The notes below the pieces were generated by a model. The model did not search any database and was not told the DNA's origin. It worked only from the letters and a program-made list of their open reading frames with translations. From an uncultured bacterium (GTDB taxonomy: Bacteria > Zhuqueibacterota > QNDG01 > DSAB01): a DNA stretch of 64,000 bases. Positions 38,240 through 48,304 of this stretch are shown here, piece by piece. How positions within the stretch are numbered: the first letter of the stretch is position 1; the number at the start of each line of letters is the position of its first letter. Where the stretch lies: positions 87,144 through 151,143 of the forward strand of contig CAZYVD010000001.1 of the NCBI GenBank assembly GCA_964651045.1. The letters are read 5' to 3'. The position numbers and the translations under genes are program-made.

Positions 38240-40384
38240 TTAAACCGGATAGGGCCTCTCAGAAGGCCCTTTATATTTCGCAAGTGCAAAGTCGATACGC
38301 CTCATCTGAGGTTGTGTTGTTATCTCCTCAAAATAATGAGCCGAAAGTCCGCAGATCCTTCCAAATATAAACAGTGCCTTGGCAATCCTTGGAGAAAGAT
38401 CCATGTCTGCAATGATAGCTCCTATCACCCCATCTACATTTACCGGAAGATTAATGCCTCTTACCTGCCTTAACAATTCACTGGCCATCTTTGATATTGC
38501 CACACAATCACCAGCCACACCATTCTCCTCAGCAATCGTCCACAGTACGTCACGCCGTGGATCTTTTGTGTGAATCCTGTGTCCCATCCCTTCAATTCTT
38601 CTTCCACTTTTGATATATTCTGTCATGATCTTAATAGTTGCCTCTTTTAAAGATATCGCCTCTCTCTTTGATAAATCAACACACTCCCTGAAGAAGATTG
38701 CAGCCCTTTCCCCCGCACCTCCATGAACATCTGTAATTGCCCCAATTCCATGAGCAATTGCAACTTCATATGATGCCCTAACAGAAGCAGCAATTAGTGT
38801 GGCCTGAGCAGAAGGAGGAGTAACCCCGTGATCAATGGAAGCAACTATCATCGATTCGATCATTCTCGAATGTGACTTCTCTATTTGTCTATTCCCTAAA
38901 AAGGCTCGACATATAAGCAAGGAAAATCTATCTTTTAAACTGGATTTTTTAAATGTGGATTCATTACCGAAAATATTACCAATATATGCCGTAAACCGTC
39001 CAAGCATGAATATGGTTTTTTCAATATTTGCTTTTTCTCCCGATCTGGAAAACTCTGCTATCTCCCTATCATTAAGAATGTGTCTGACAATTGATTTTGA
39101 AATATCTTCATCTTTAATAAAATCAATAGAAGGCACGGGCCTGAGAGTAGCCTCTACAGCAACAGTGTTTAACTCTTCCAAAATATTTTTATCCGGCAGC
39201 TCTCCTCCCACAATCAAACAGGCAGCAGATATTAGATCGCCATATTCAATGATCTGCTCGATTTTATATCCACGCACAACAATACTGTTGGGCTCGATCT
39301 TTGTTATCATTGTGCCCCATGTTGGTTTTGGTGGAGGTGCCTCCCAGATCCTCCTCATTCTTTCATAATATCTTTTTGGATCAAAATATCTCTTTCCATT
39401 TAGCCTCTTTTGCACGACCTCGATAAGGTCGTACTGGCTATTTACCACAGATACACCCGCATCTTCAAGCGCCTTCTTTTTTGATATATATGTTCCCATC
39501 TCCTGCCCCGGAGCTATTATTGCACCAGCATGTCCCATTGTCTTGCCCTCTGGAGCATTTGCCCCTGAAATCAGTGCCACGATTGGTTTTGGATATTTTT
39601 CCGGGTTATTCTTAATATCCTCTGCCAGCATCTCTTCCTGGCAACCTCCAATCTCCCCTGCAATAATGACAAGATCTGTCTTATCATACTCCATTACCAG
39701 AGGTACAACATCCCTGAAGGCTGATCCTACAGCACCATCCCCACCTATACCGATAACACCATTCTGAGCAATTCCTACACTTGCCATTGCATCTGACATG
39801 TGGTACAGAATTGCACCACTTCGTGATATTATGGTAACACCACTTGAGCCGATCCTTCCTGGCTGTCTTTCTTCAGGATAAAAAATGTCAGGGAGCATCC
39901 CGATCTTTATTCTTTCTGGTGGGAATATGAGTCCTGGTGTGTTGCCTCCTATGAGAAGTGTATTATGGTTTCTTGCTGCCACAATTATGTCTCTGACATC
40001 TTTTAAAGGAATATTTTCTGTTATTAAAACTACAATTGGAATTCCCGCTTCTACAGTCTCTATTGCTGCATCTCTTGCTGTTGCATAATGACGCCATATG
40101 CTGGCCGCCACGATGTCTGGATGTTCCTTAAGAGCCTCTTCTACAGTATTGTATACAGGAATCGTCTCGTGAACGCGGCTTCCCCCTCTGCCTGGTGCAA
40201 CTCCTGCCGCAACATCCGTCCCAAACTCGTTCATCAATCCCGCATGTTTTGATCCCTGTCCACCAAGACCGACTATCAACGTTTCGAGTTTGTTTTTCTC
40301 CTTTATTTTTCTTGCAAGATCTGGGCGTATATTTTTTATTATATGATACAGCAGACCATCGTGAGCATCTATTCTGTCTTTCAT
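38240..40384 (-). CDS. aclA: ATP-citrate lyase alpha subunit (CoA-binding/ligase domain fused to citrate-synthase-like citryl-CoA lyase domain)
   Basis: 714 aa with N-terminal SucD-like CoA-binding region and C-terminal citrate synthase signature GMGHRIHTKDPR. Confidence 0.7.
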   Translation of the reverse strand: MKDRIDAHDGLLYHIIKNIRPDLARKIKEKNKLETLIVGLGGQGSKHAGLMNEFGTDVAAGVAPGRGGSRVHETIPVYNTVEEALKEHPDIVAASIWRHYATARDAAIETVEAGIPIVVLITENIPLKDVRDIIVAARNHNTLLIGGNTPGLIFPPERIKIGMLPDIFYPEERQPGRIGSSGVTIISRSGAILYHMSDAMASVGIAQNGVIGIGGDGAVGSAFRDVVPLVMEYDKTDLVIIAGEIGGCQEEMLAEDIKNNPEKYPKPIVALISGANAPEGKTMGHAGAIIAPGQEMGTYISKKKALEDAGVSVVNSQYDLIEVVQKRLNGKRYFDPKRYYERMRRIWEAPPPKPTWGTMITKIEPNSIVVRGYKIEQIIEYGDLISAACLIVGGELPDKNILEELNTVAVEATLRPVPSIDFIKDEDISKSIVRHILNDREIAEFSRSGEKANIEKTIFMLGRFTAYIGNIFGNESTFKKSSLKDRFSLLICRAFLGNRQIEKSHSRMIESMIVASIDHGVTPPSAQATLIAASVRASYEVAIAHGIGAITDVHGGAGERAAIFFRECVDLSKREAISLKEATIKIMTEYIKSGRRIEGMGHRIHTKDPRRDVLWTIAEENGVAGDCVAISKMASELLRQVRGINLPVNVDGVIGAIIADMDLSPRIAKALFIFGRICGLSAHYFEEITTQPQMRRIDFALAKYKGPSERPYPV

Positions 40385-41670
40385 CTATTCCACCCTCTCA
40401 TTTTAAATGCCTTCTCAACTCCTTCTCTAATTATCTCTGCCATTATTTTCCTGTTGCCAACCGTTATTTCCATATCTTTCAATTCTTCGGGAGTCTCTCT
40501 TTTAGATCTTTCCAAATAATCTCTCGCACTTGGCAGATCTGTTCCCACCATTCTTCCATATACTGGTACTATCCTCTTACCATTTTTATAACGATTTCTA
40601 AAACAGCTTACCAATCCACGAATGAATGTATCACACGATGATATCCCACCAAACCGAGATGTAATTATAATATCGACTATTTCATAATCCATAAGAAGAT
40701 GAAACATCTCTTCAACCCTTTTCTGTGACGGCCCTCCGCCAGAATCCATAAAATTTACTGGAATGACTCTTCCTTCAAAGAATCTGTTGCCGACATTTAC
40801 AGTTTCATCAATAGAAAATATTCCATATCCTGCACCTCCGGGCACCAAACCAACATATAGTTTATCACTATCTTTTTTATGATCTTCTGGCAGAAGATCC
40901 ACATATGGAAATCCTGCACTCCTTGCGCGAATCTCATTTCTTGTTGGTTCTGATACATCGTGTCTTATTTCCTTTATTTCTAAACTGCCTAGTAAATCTC
41001 CCTGCCTGAAAAGACCATTATCGTCCAGCACAATCTTGGCATCTGCAGCAATCGGGCCTTTGTTTGATATCATTAATGGATTTATCTCTGTCACCTTACA
41101 GTCATACTTCTGGTATATTTCGTAAATCTTTGAAATAACAAATCTTATCTCTTTAAAATATTCCCTTAATAAACCCTTGCTCTTTATTAAAAAGTTAACA
41201 AGACTATCTGCCAGCTCTTCTGGCAGAAATTTCTCATTCTCTTTTAATTCTATTTTAAATATCGACTCTGGGCTCTCCTCGGCTATTCTCTCTATTTCAA
41301 CTCCCCCTGCTGCACTTACCATTATAATATTGTTAAATGTCGATGGATTCATTGTTACACCTATATAACAAGAAGCAACTTCTTCAACAACCTCTTCAAC
41401 CAAGATCCTCTCCACTATGTATCCTTTTATATTCATTCCCAACATATCATCTAAAATCCTCACCGCCTCGTCACGATCTCTTGCTATCTTTACTCCTCCT
41501 GCCTTTCCCCTTCCTCCCACCAGTACAAGAGATTTCATTATGATTGGGAATTTTGAATCTCTAATACACTCCTCAACATCATCTCTGTTTTTAATTATTC
41601 CATACCGATCTGGAATCTTGATTCCTTCAAGCTCAAACACTCTCTTTGCTTCATCTTCATAGAGTCTCAT
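40381..41670 (-). CDS. aclB: ATP-citrate lyase beta subunit (ATP-grasp, SucC-like)
   Basis: 429 aa ATP-grasp succinyl-CoA-synthetase-beta-like protein. Overlaps the aclA start (ATGA). Confidence 0.7.
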   Translation of the reverse strand: MRLYEDEAKRVFELEGIKIPDRYGIIKNRDDVEECIRDSKFPIIMKSLVLVGGRGKAGGVKIARDRDEAVRILDDMLGMNIKGYIVERILVEEVVEEVASCYIGVTMNPSTFNNIIMVSAAGGVEIERIAEESPESIFKIELKENEKFLPEELADSLVNFLIKSKGLLREYFKEIRFVISKIYEIYQKYDCKVTEINPLMISNKGPIAADAKIVLDDNGLFRQGDLLGSLEIKEIRHDVSEPTRNEIRARSAGFPYVDLLPEDHKKDSDKLYVGLVPGGAGYGIFSIDETVNVGNRFFEGRVIPVNFMDSGGGPSQKRVEEMFHLLMDYEIVDIIITSRFGGISSCDTFIRGLVSCFRNRYKNGKRIVPVYGRMVGTDLPSARDYLERSKRETPEELKDMEITVGNRKIMAEIIREGVEKAFKMRGWNR

Positions 41671-41679
41671 GAAAACCTC

Positions 41680-42171
41680 TCAATTTAAATTTTTCTCTTT
41701 TAATTTCTTTCTTGTATATTCCAACAGTCCACCCGACTCGATTATCTTCATAACCTCTTTTGGAAATGGAGGAAATTTAAAAACTTTCTCAGCGATCTTG
41801 ATTATTCCTTTCTCAGCTACTATCTCAACAAAATCTCCTTCTTTATAACTCTCTACAGCTCTAGGACACTCTATTAAAAGCAAACCCTGATTTATCGAAG
41901 ATCTGTAAAATATTCTTGCAAAGCTCTTAGCAACTACTGCAGCAATCCCGACAGCCTTAAGACCTACTACTGGTTGTTCACGCGAACTTCCACACCCAAA
42001 ATTTTTACCTGCAATTATTATATCTCCACTTCTTACATTCAAAGCAAATTGCGGATCCAGATCTTCAAGAAGATGCGGCTTGATCTCATCTGGTGTCGAA
42101 CATGTATATGTATATTTTCCAGGAAAAAGCATGTCTGTATTTATGTCATCACCATATTTCCATACTCTCAT
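41680..42171 (-). CDS. aconitase-family small subunit (LeuD-type)
   Basis: MRVWKYGDDINTDMLFPGKY... swivel domain. Start overlaps the large-subunit stop; the ORF-track start at 42267 is inside the upstream gene. Confidence 0.75.
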   Translation of the reverse strand: MRVWKYGDDINTDMLFPGKYTYTCSTPDEIKPHLLEDLDPQFALNVRSGDIIIAGKNFGCGSSREQPVVGLKAVGIAAVVAKSFARIFYRSSINQGLLLIECPRAVESYKEGDFVEIVAEKGIIKIAEKVFKFPPFPKEVMKIIESGGLLEYTRKKLKEKNLN

Positions 42172-43436
42172 CCCCTTACCTCCTTCCTTGGATCTACTAT
42201 TTTCCCATGAATAGCCGATGCAGCAACAGTTGCCGGACTTGCCAGATAAATCTCTGCCTCTTTGCAACCCATTCTTCCCTTGAAATTTCTATTTGCCGTA
42301 CTCAGGCATCTCTCCCCAGGTGCCAAAACTCCCTGATGCGCACCAAGGCAGGGACCGCATCCAGGTGGGAGCACTGTTCCACCTGCTTCAAGAAAAATAT
42401 TGATTATCCCCTCCTTCACTGCCTTCATTAGGATCGAACGAGATGCCGGCAGAATAAGCAGCCTTGATCCTCCTGCCACTCTCTTACCTTTTAATATTTT
42501 TGCCGCCTCTCTTAAATCGCTCAATCGGCCATTTGTACATGTGCCTATCAAAAATTGATCGATATCCACTCCCTCAACCTCTTCTACATTCTTTACATTA
42601 TCCACCTTATGAGGTAATGCAACTACTGGCTCTATCTTGTTCATCTGGTAATCCAGCTCCTTCAAATATTCGGCATCTTTATCGGGTATTATTTCCCTGT
42701 ACATTTCTTTATATATTCCACATCCCATTAAAAATTCTCTTGTCACCCCATCTACAGGAAAAATTGCAGCCTTTGCCCCCATCTCAACACCCATGTTTGC
42801 AATTGTGAACCTCTGATCCATTGAGAGGCTTTCAATATCTCCATGAAATTCAACCACGCAGTAGTTTGCACCATCAGAACCAATATCACCTATTATTTGT
42901 AATATAAGATCTTTTGCCGACACTCCAGGCTTTAGACTGCCTGTAAGATTTATTTTTATTGTTTGTGCAACCTTAAGCCATGTCTGACCCGATAATAGCA
43001 GTGCTGCAGCCTCTGTTCGATCAATCCCTGTAGCGAGAGCACCAACTGCCCCATATGAGCATGTATGTGAATCACTGCCCAACACTATTGTCCCAGGCAA
43101 TGCTAATCCCTTTTCATACACAATTTGATGACAAATTCCTTCTCCTATGTCATAAAAGTTTTTTATTCCAAACCTTCCTACAAACTCTCTTATCTTCTTG
43201 TGACCTGCAGCATTTTTCTCGCTTGCTGCAGGAATTACATGATCCAGGACGATCACTGGAAGTTCAGGGTCAACCACACCATACCTATTAAGCTCACCAT
43301 CGATCTTCTGTATTATTGCCGATGTATTATCGTGAGTCAGGAGGTGGTCTGGTTTTATAGTAACTATCTCTCCAACTTCTACAGTATCTTTTCCAGATTT
43401 GGTTGCAATTATCTTTTGGATAAATGTCATTCCCAT
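42168..43436 (-). CDS. aconitase-family large subunit (LeuC-type)
   Basis: 422 aa with Fe-S ligand cysteines (GTCTNGR, PGCGPCLG). Confidence 0.8.
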   Translation of the reverse strand: MGMTFIQKIIATKSGKDTVEVGEIVTIKPDHLLTHDNTSAIIQKIDGELNRYGVVDPELPVIVLDHVIPAASEKNAAGHKKIREFVGRFGIKNFYDIGEGICHQIVYEKGLALPGTIVLGSDSHTCSYGAVGALATGIDRTEAAALLLSGQTWLKVAQTIKINLTGSLKPGVSAKDLILQIIGDIGSDGANYCVVEFHGDIESLSMDQRFTIANMGVEMGAKAAIFPVDGVTREFLMGCGIYKEMYREIIPDKDAEYLKELDYQMNKIEPVVALPHKVDNVKNVEEVEGVDIDQFLIGTCTNGRLSDLREAAKILKGKRVAGGSRLLILPASRSILMKAVKEGIINIFLEAGGTVLPPGCGPCLGAHQGVLAPGERCLSTANRNFKGRMGCKEAEIYLASPATVAASAIHGKIVDPRKEVRG

Positions 43437-43509
43437 AATTCTGCTCCAGAGTTATCGATGATTTTTGTCTCTAAATATAATAAAAATATGTTAATTTCAA
43501 AATACGATT

Positions 43510-43562
43510 TTTTTTGAATTTTAACCTAAAATTAAGGCCCGCTCTCTAACTCAAGCGGGCCT
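43510..43562 (-). terminator. rho-independent terminator after the fused aconitase-family gene
   Basis: GGCCCGCT / AGCGGGCC stem followed by a T-rich tract on the minus strand. Confidence 0.55.
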
Positions 43563-43584
43563 TTAATCGATCTTTTCTTGATAT

Positions 43585-45393
43585 CTACAGCAATCCTCCC
43601 CTTTGATATAGCTCCATCTGAATCTCGAAGAATGGTTCACACTCTACAACCTCACCAGTCTCGATCCTCTCTATTATTCCTTTTTTTAGATCAATCTTTA
43701 TTTTCTCACCATCCTTTATATCTCTTTCTATCAAATCACTTACTACGATTGGAAAACCTGAATTAATAGCATTACGCTCATATATTGCTCCAAACGATTT
43801 TGCCACAATTGCCTGTATCCCAAGACCGATAAAACAATCAACAGCCTGCTGTCGAGAGGACCCTGCTCCAAAGTTTTTTCCTGTTACAATAATATCACCT
43901 TTCTTTGCCTTTTCTGGAAAGTCCTCCCATCCTTCTATGTTATTCAATGCATATCTCGCCATCTCTTTTGCATCTGTTATTGTCAAATATCTATTATGAA
44001 ATATCATGTCTGTATCGATATTATCTATTCTTATGACCCAGATCCTGCCTATTAATTCTATGGGCCTTCTGGGTCTTCTTACATTTATGCTCTCATGTCT
44101 CCTTGGCCTTCTCTTTATCTTTTTATCAACAACAAATATAACTGGTTTTTTTAAAATTTTATCTTCCGATACTATCACTCCGCTAATTGCCGAAGCTGCT
44201 ACTGTTGCAGGAGAGGCTAAATATACATCTCCCTTACCCTGCTTTCCTACAAAATTTCTGTTTCCTGTGCTTATTGTAACCTCGCCGGGTCCATTCTGCC
44301 CAATCTGACCTGCTGCACATCCTGCACAACCGGGATTTCCGACTAAAGCCCCTGCCTTTATGAATGTCTCTATTATGCCCTCATCAAGGCACCTCTTCCA
44401 TATCTCTCTTGTTGATGGAACTATCTTAAGTACTACACCTGGTGCAACTCTTTTACCTTTTAATATTTTTGCTGCTGTCTTCATGTCTTCAAATCTTCCA
44501 TTTGTACAAGATCCAATAAACGCAGAATCGATTTTAATTCCTTCTACTTTCTCAACATCTACTACATCCTCAGGATGGCCTGGCCTGGATATCAATGGAC
44601 GAATTTTGGAAATATCGATCTCAACCTCTCTTTCATACTCTGCATCCATATCCGGTAATATTTTCTCTATCTTGTCTCTCGATATTATATTGAAATGAGA
44701 TAGAATATTCTTATTCGGACGGAAGAGTATTATTATTCCACCCATCTCTGTTGCCATCGATGCAATGGTGATTCTTTCATCCAGTGTCATATCCTCTGTC
44801 CATTCACCATAAATCTCTGCTGCATAACCCAGCAGTCCAGATGCTCCAAAATTTTTAAGTAAATTCAATACAACATCCTTAGCATAAATCTTCTCAGATG
44901 GTCTACCCTTCAGGATTATTTTTATTGTTTTTGGAACTTTAAACCATATCTTTCCAAATGCCCATGCAGCCGCAATGTCTCTATCACCCATTCCCTGTCC
45001 AAATGCACCAACAGCCCCTAGGATATTGGCATGCGAATCTGTTGAAATCAATGTCCCACCAGGTTTTATTATTCCTTCATCTATCGCAATGTGAGTTCCA
45101 ATTCCTGAATTAATGTCATAGACTTTGATTCCTCTTTCCCTTGCAAACCTGCGGCATATTTGTTGATTGGTTGTATATTTTTGATCAGAGCCAGTTGGAT
45201 TGCAGTCGAATGTAAAATATGTTTTCGAAGGATCATCTATGAATAAGTCATTATCTAATATATTTTTTACTACATTTGCTCCGCCAAAATCCCTTGCAAT
45301 CCTGACATCGATTCCAACTTCTACTATTTCGCCTGCCTTTACTGTTCTCTGGCAATGAGCCGAGATTATTTTCTCTATCATCGTTCGATTCAT
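43585..45393 (-). CDS. fused aconitase-family protein (large+small domains in one polypeptide)
   Basis: 602 aa with LeuC-like N-terminus (cysteine ligands GSCTNGR, PGCAGCAAG) and LeuD-like C-terminus. Confidence 0.75.
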   Translation of the reverse strand: MNRTMIEKIISAHCQRTVKAGEIVEVGIDVRIARDFGGANVVKNILDNDLFIDDPSKTYFTFDCNPTGSDQKYTTNQQICRRFARERGIKVYDINSGIGTHIAIDEGIIKPGGTLISTDSHANILGAVGAFGQGMGDRDIAAAWAFGKIWFKVPKTIKIILKGRPSEKIYAKDVVLNLLKNFGASGLLGYAAEIYGEWTEDMTLDERITIASMATEMGGIIILFRPNKNILSHFNIISRDKIEKILPDMDAEYEREVEIDISKIRPLISRPGHPEDVVDVEKVEGIKIDSAFIGSCTNGRFEDMKTAAKILKGKRVAPGVVLKIVPSTREIWKRCLDEGIIETFIKAGALVGNPGCAGCAAGQIGQNGPGEVTISTGNRNFVGKQGKGDVYLASPATVAASAISGVIVSEDKILKKPVIFVVDKKIKRRPRRHESINVRRPRRPIELIGRIWVIRIDNIDTDMIFHNRYLTITDAKEMARYALNNIEGWEDFPEKAKKGDIIVTGKNFGAGSSRQQAVDCFIGLGIQAIVAKSFGAIYERNAINSGFPIVVSDLIERDIKDGEKIKIDLKKGIIERIETGEVVECEPFFEIQMELYQRGGLL

Positions 45394-45410
45394 TTTCTAT
45401 CCCTTATCAT

Positions 45411-45986
45411 CTATTCTATTAACAGTCCTTTCTCCTTCAATACTAAAGGGTTAAACGTGGCAAAATCTGCCTGGTGTATGAAAATCGTCTCTACTACTTG
45501 TGGCCTTCCCTCGCCCTCCTTTGAATGGCATGCAATTATGTTTATTACCTCTTCTGGCACTCCGCATTCCGCTGCCAGTATCGCTCCTGATATTGGATGC
45601 CTGGTTAATTTTCCCGCTCTGCTCTTTCTATATCCTCCCTTTCCATCACTTTCTATCTCGATCAGTTTTCCAACATCATGAAGCAGCCCCCCTGCATATA
45701 GATAATCGATATTTATTTCATAAACCATTTTACTGTATGACCTTATCTGAGCCTTTGCCATTTCGACAGCCATCTCCGTTACTGCAATAGTATGTTCTAT
45801 TAGATTGATCCCACGAGACTCTGTAAGTAAAGAAAATGGAATCTTCTTCAATTCATCTACCTTCTTCCAATTTCCCCTCCTGCATCCCTCCACCCACACC
45901 TCCACAACCTTTTTTCTCAATTCTTTATTTTTAATATTTTCTAACTGTCTTTTAAACAAATCTGAAATCATCTTACTATCTATCAT
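45411..45986 (-). CDS. HDIG-domain phosphohydrolase
   Basis: 191 aa with HD motif (LLHDVGK). Confidence 0.7.
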   Translation of the reverse strand: MIDSKMISDLFKRQLENIKNKELRKKVVEVWVEGCRRGNWKKVDELKKIPFSLLTESRGINLIEHTIAVTEMAVEMAKAQIRSYSKMVYEINIDYLYAGGLLHDVGKLIEIESDGKGGYRKSRAGKLTRHPISGAILAAECGVPEEVINIIACHSKEGEGRPQVVETIFIHQADFATFNPLVLKEKGLLIE

Positions 45987-46002
45987 ATATACCCCCTCTA
46001 TT

Positions 46003-46034
46003 CTGTTATTAAAAATGCCGAGCTAACCCGGCAT
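46003..46034 (-). terminator. rho-independent terminator after the lipoprotein gene
   Basis: AAATGCCG / CGGCATTT stem followed by a T5 run on the minus strand. Confidence 0.6.
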
Positions 46035-46069
46035 TTAATTTAATATGTTTCTATATTTCATATTCTTTA

Positions 46070-46594
46070 CTATTTTTCTTCAATTTTTACGTTGTATTTT
46101 TGTATTCCAGTATCATACTCAAGTTTTATCCTGCTTCTTATCTTCTCAAAGTATTTATATGCTTGATCTGTCATTGGCATTGTTACCCACTCTTCGCTAC
46201 CCTGCACCTGTACCTGACTTTCGCCTGTCATCCTTACAACCCACTCTGTTGCACCTGGTGCCATATATTGGGTTCTCGGCAGTGCCCTGATTATTATCCT
46301 TGTCCTTGCGCTCACTATGCCCATTCGTCTTTCATCCTCGAATGGACTTCTGTACAGATAGTTTGTTTCTATATATATCTCATTCTCTGTCTGTTCTCTT
46401 CTTATTATATTATATTGATATCTATTCTGCAGCAGTTTTAATGTTTTTTCATAAAAATCTATTGCGGTTACATTCCCAATCCTTTTTGAATATCTGCTTG
46501 GATTACTCCTTTCTCCTTTTGTTCTAGTGGATGAACAGCCCCAGCTAAAAATCAAGAATGTCGCTAATATACAAATAAATAATCTCCTCATCAT
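46070..46594 (-). CDS. lipoprotein
   Basis: 174 aa with signal peptide plus lipobox FSWGCSS; lies downstream of SusD. Confidence 0.6.
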   Translation of the reverse strand: MMRRLFICILATFLIFSWGCSSTRTKGERSNPSRYSKRIGNVTAIDFYEKTLKLLQNRYQYNIIRREQTENEIYIETNYLYRSPFEDERRMGIVSARTRIIIRALPRTQYMAPGATEWVVRMTGESQVQVQGSEEWVTMPMTDQAYKYFEKIRSRIKLEYDTGIQKYNVKIEEK

Positions 46595-46617
46595 TTTCCT
46601 ATCCCCTATTCTAAAAT

Positions 46618-46666
46618 TTAATTATAAAAGGTAGGCCACCCCTTATTAGAGATGACCTACCTTTTT
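46618..46666 (-). terminator. rho-independent terminator after the SusD-like gene
   Basis: AAAAGGTAGG / CCTACCTTTT 10-bp stem with T-runs on both sides. Confidence 0.6.
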
Positions 46667-46693
46667 AATTCAAACTACAATTGCATGGATCTG

Positions 46694-48289
46694 TTACTGC
46701 CTGGGCGGAAGCACTGTCCTTCGAATATTAAACTTGGGAGCAGCATATTCTCCACTTCCTCCAAATGTGTAGTTATCCATCATAAGAAGTTCTAGCTCTG
46801 CCCCAGGAATTGGAAACTGCAGAGGTGTGCCTTTTGGCAACTCCTGCCATCCTCTTCTATCAGTTAAGGGTATCCCAAATGCTTCAGCCACAGTCTCCAT
46901 TCCCTTCTCATACTTCAGCATTGCCCACAGGCTTCCATTCCATTTCCTCTCATCAGTAACAGCTCCAACATTTGCAGTTGTTGCTGCAGGAAGTTCACCA
47001 ATCGTTGTTCTGGTCTTGTTGATCAGATCCGCAGCTGCCTGGGCATTACCGAGTCTCAGTTCAGCCTCTGCCTTGAGTAAATCCAGCTCTCTCGTACTTA
47101 GTAATGTCACCCATCCAGTACCAGTATCATGAACGTTTAAAGTCTTTTTACAGTTATATCGACTGAAGTGATAAGTACCTCTCGATATTCTAAAAAAAAC
47201 ATCTGGAGTATAGTAGAAATACTTACCATCTGCATGAGGATCACCAGCAGGATGGACCCTTCTGTCGTAAGACAGTACATCAAAAACATTTCTTTGCTGT
47301 ACATCCGTTGCTAACCATGCATCATATGCACCCGAGGTATCCGCAGGACCGATCAACCTATAGTCAACCTTCATCCATGATTGATCTGCTATCATCCACT
47401 GAAGTCCCCAACTAACCCACCATATTTGCCAGTCATTATATACACCAAAATCATCCTGAATACCTTTTTCAGCATTCGTCTTTACTGAGCTCCAATCAAC
47501 AGCATCGCGCTCTGTCTTGTTGCGTGCAACTGCTGCTGTGAAACGTGCAATATAAGAGTAGCAGAGCCTTTTCAGCCTGTCCTGATCGATCACAGCATGG
47601 CCACCGCCGCTCTGTGGAGCCCAATCATCAGGAATAGTAAATGTATTTGCAGAGCAGATGTTAATACAATCATTCAGCTTCTTAATGGCAAAATCTAATA
47701 CCTCTTTATACCCAGAAGCTGGAATGTCGCCTTCAAGATCTGTGTCCTCATCCACAAGAAATGCCTTGTCAATAAGCAGACTGAGCCATCCATAGGCAAT
47801 ACCCTGCATGAATTTTGCCCACGCCTTGTTTCTATTAGTATTGTAAACCGTATCGCCTGTAGAAGATACTTCATAGAATTTCATTCCATCTTTGATCGAT
47901 ATCAGCATATCGTTAGCAGAAGATATGGCTCCATACATGTCATCCCAGAAATACTTCAAAGCATATGCATAAACGTATGATGGATCGTTGTTCCATGCTA
48001 CTCTCGGTTCAGATGACATGTCACGCATTCCTGAGTTGCCCCACGAGCTTGAACCATAGTCAGCCATTGTTGTAAGCATCATTCCGGCACCATCATAAGT
48101 GGTCAATGCATAATAAAAAGACTTGAATGAGCTCACCAGAAGTTTTTCAACATCACCGGGATTTCTCAGTGCACGCGCTCTGTCAGGAGCATTCAGATTC
48201 TTAATTGCCAAATCGATATGACATCCTGATATCAGCACAACAATTAAAATGAGGGCGGCGCAGCTCGTAAATAATTTTGATAATTTCAT
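46694..48289 (-). CDS. SusD/RagB-family nutrient-binding outer-membrane lipoprotein
   Basis: 531 aa with lipobox LISGC and SusD-like TPR-rich fold; sits immediately downstream of SusC. Confidence 0.8.
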   Translation of the reverse strand: MKLSKLFTSCAALILIVVLISGCHIDLAIKNLNAPDRARALRNPGDVEKLLVSSFKSFYYALTTYDGAGMMLTTMADYGSSSWGNSGMRDMSSEPRVAWNNDPSYVYAYALKYFWDDMYGAISSANDMLISIKDGMKFYEVSSTGDTVYNTNRNKAWAKFMQGIAYGWLSLLIDKAFLVDEDTDLEGDIPASGYKEVLDFAIKKLNDCINICSANTFTIPDDWAPQSGGGHAVIDQDRLKRLCYSYIARFTAAVARNKTERDAVDWSSVKTNAEKGIQDDFGVYNDWQIWWVSWGLQWMIADQSWMKVDYRLIGPADTSGAYDAWLATDVQQRNVFDVLSYDRRVHPAGDPHADGKYFYYTPDVFFRISRGTYHFSRYNCKKTLNVHDTGTGWVTLLSTRELDLLKAEAELRLGNAQAAADLINKTRTTIGELPAATTANVGAVTDERKWNGSLWAMLKYEKGMETVAEAFGIPLTDRRGWQELPKGTPLQFPIPGAELELLMMDNYTFGGSGEYAAPKFNIRRTVLPPRQ

Positions 48290-48304
48290 GTTTCCTCCTA
48301 AAGA

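Noticed and set aside
38835-39368. Plus-strand 177-aa ORF
   Set aside because: Inside aclA on the opposite strand; spurious.
41680-42267. Long N-terminal extension of LeuD-type ORF (MQRGRDLSGKSGNCCC…)
   Set aside because: Those 32 codons overlap the large-subunit gene in another frame; a conserved MRVWKYGDDINTD start with ATGA coupling is far more plausible.
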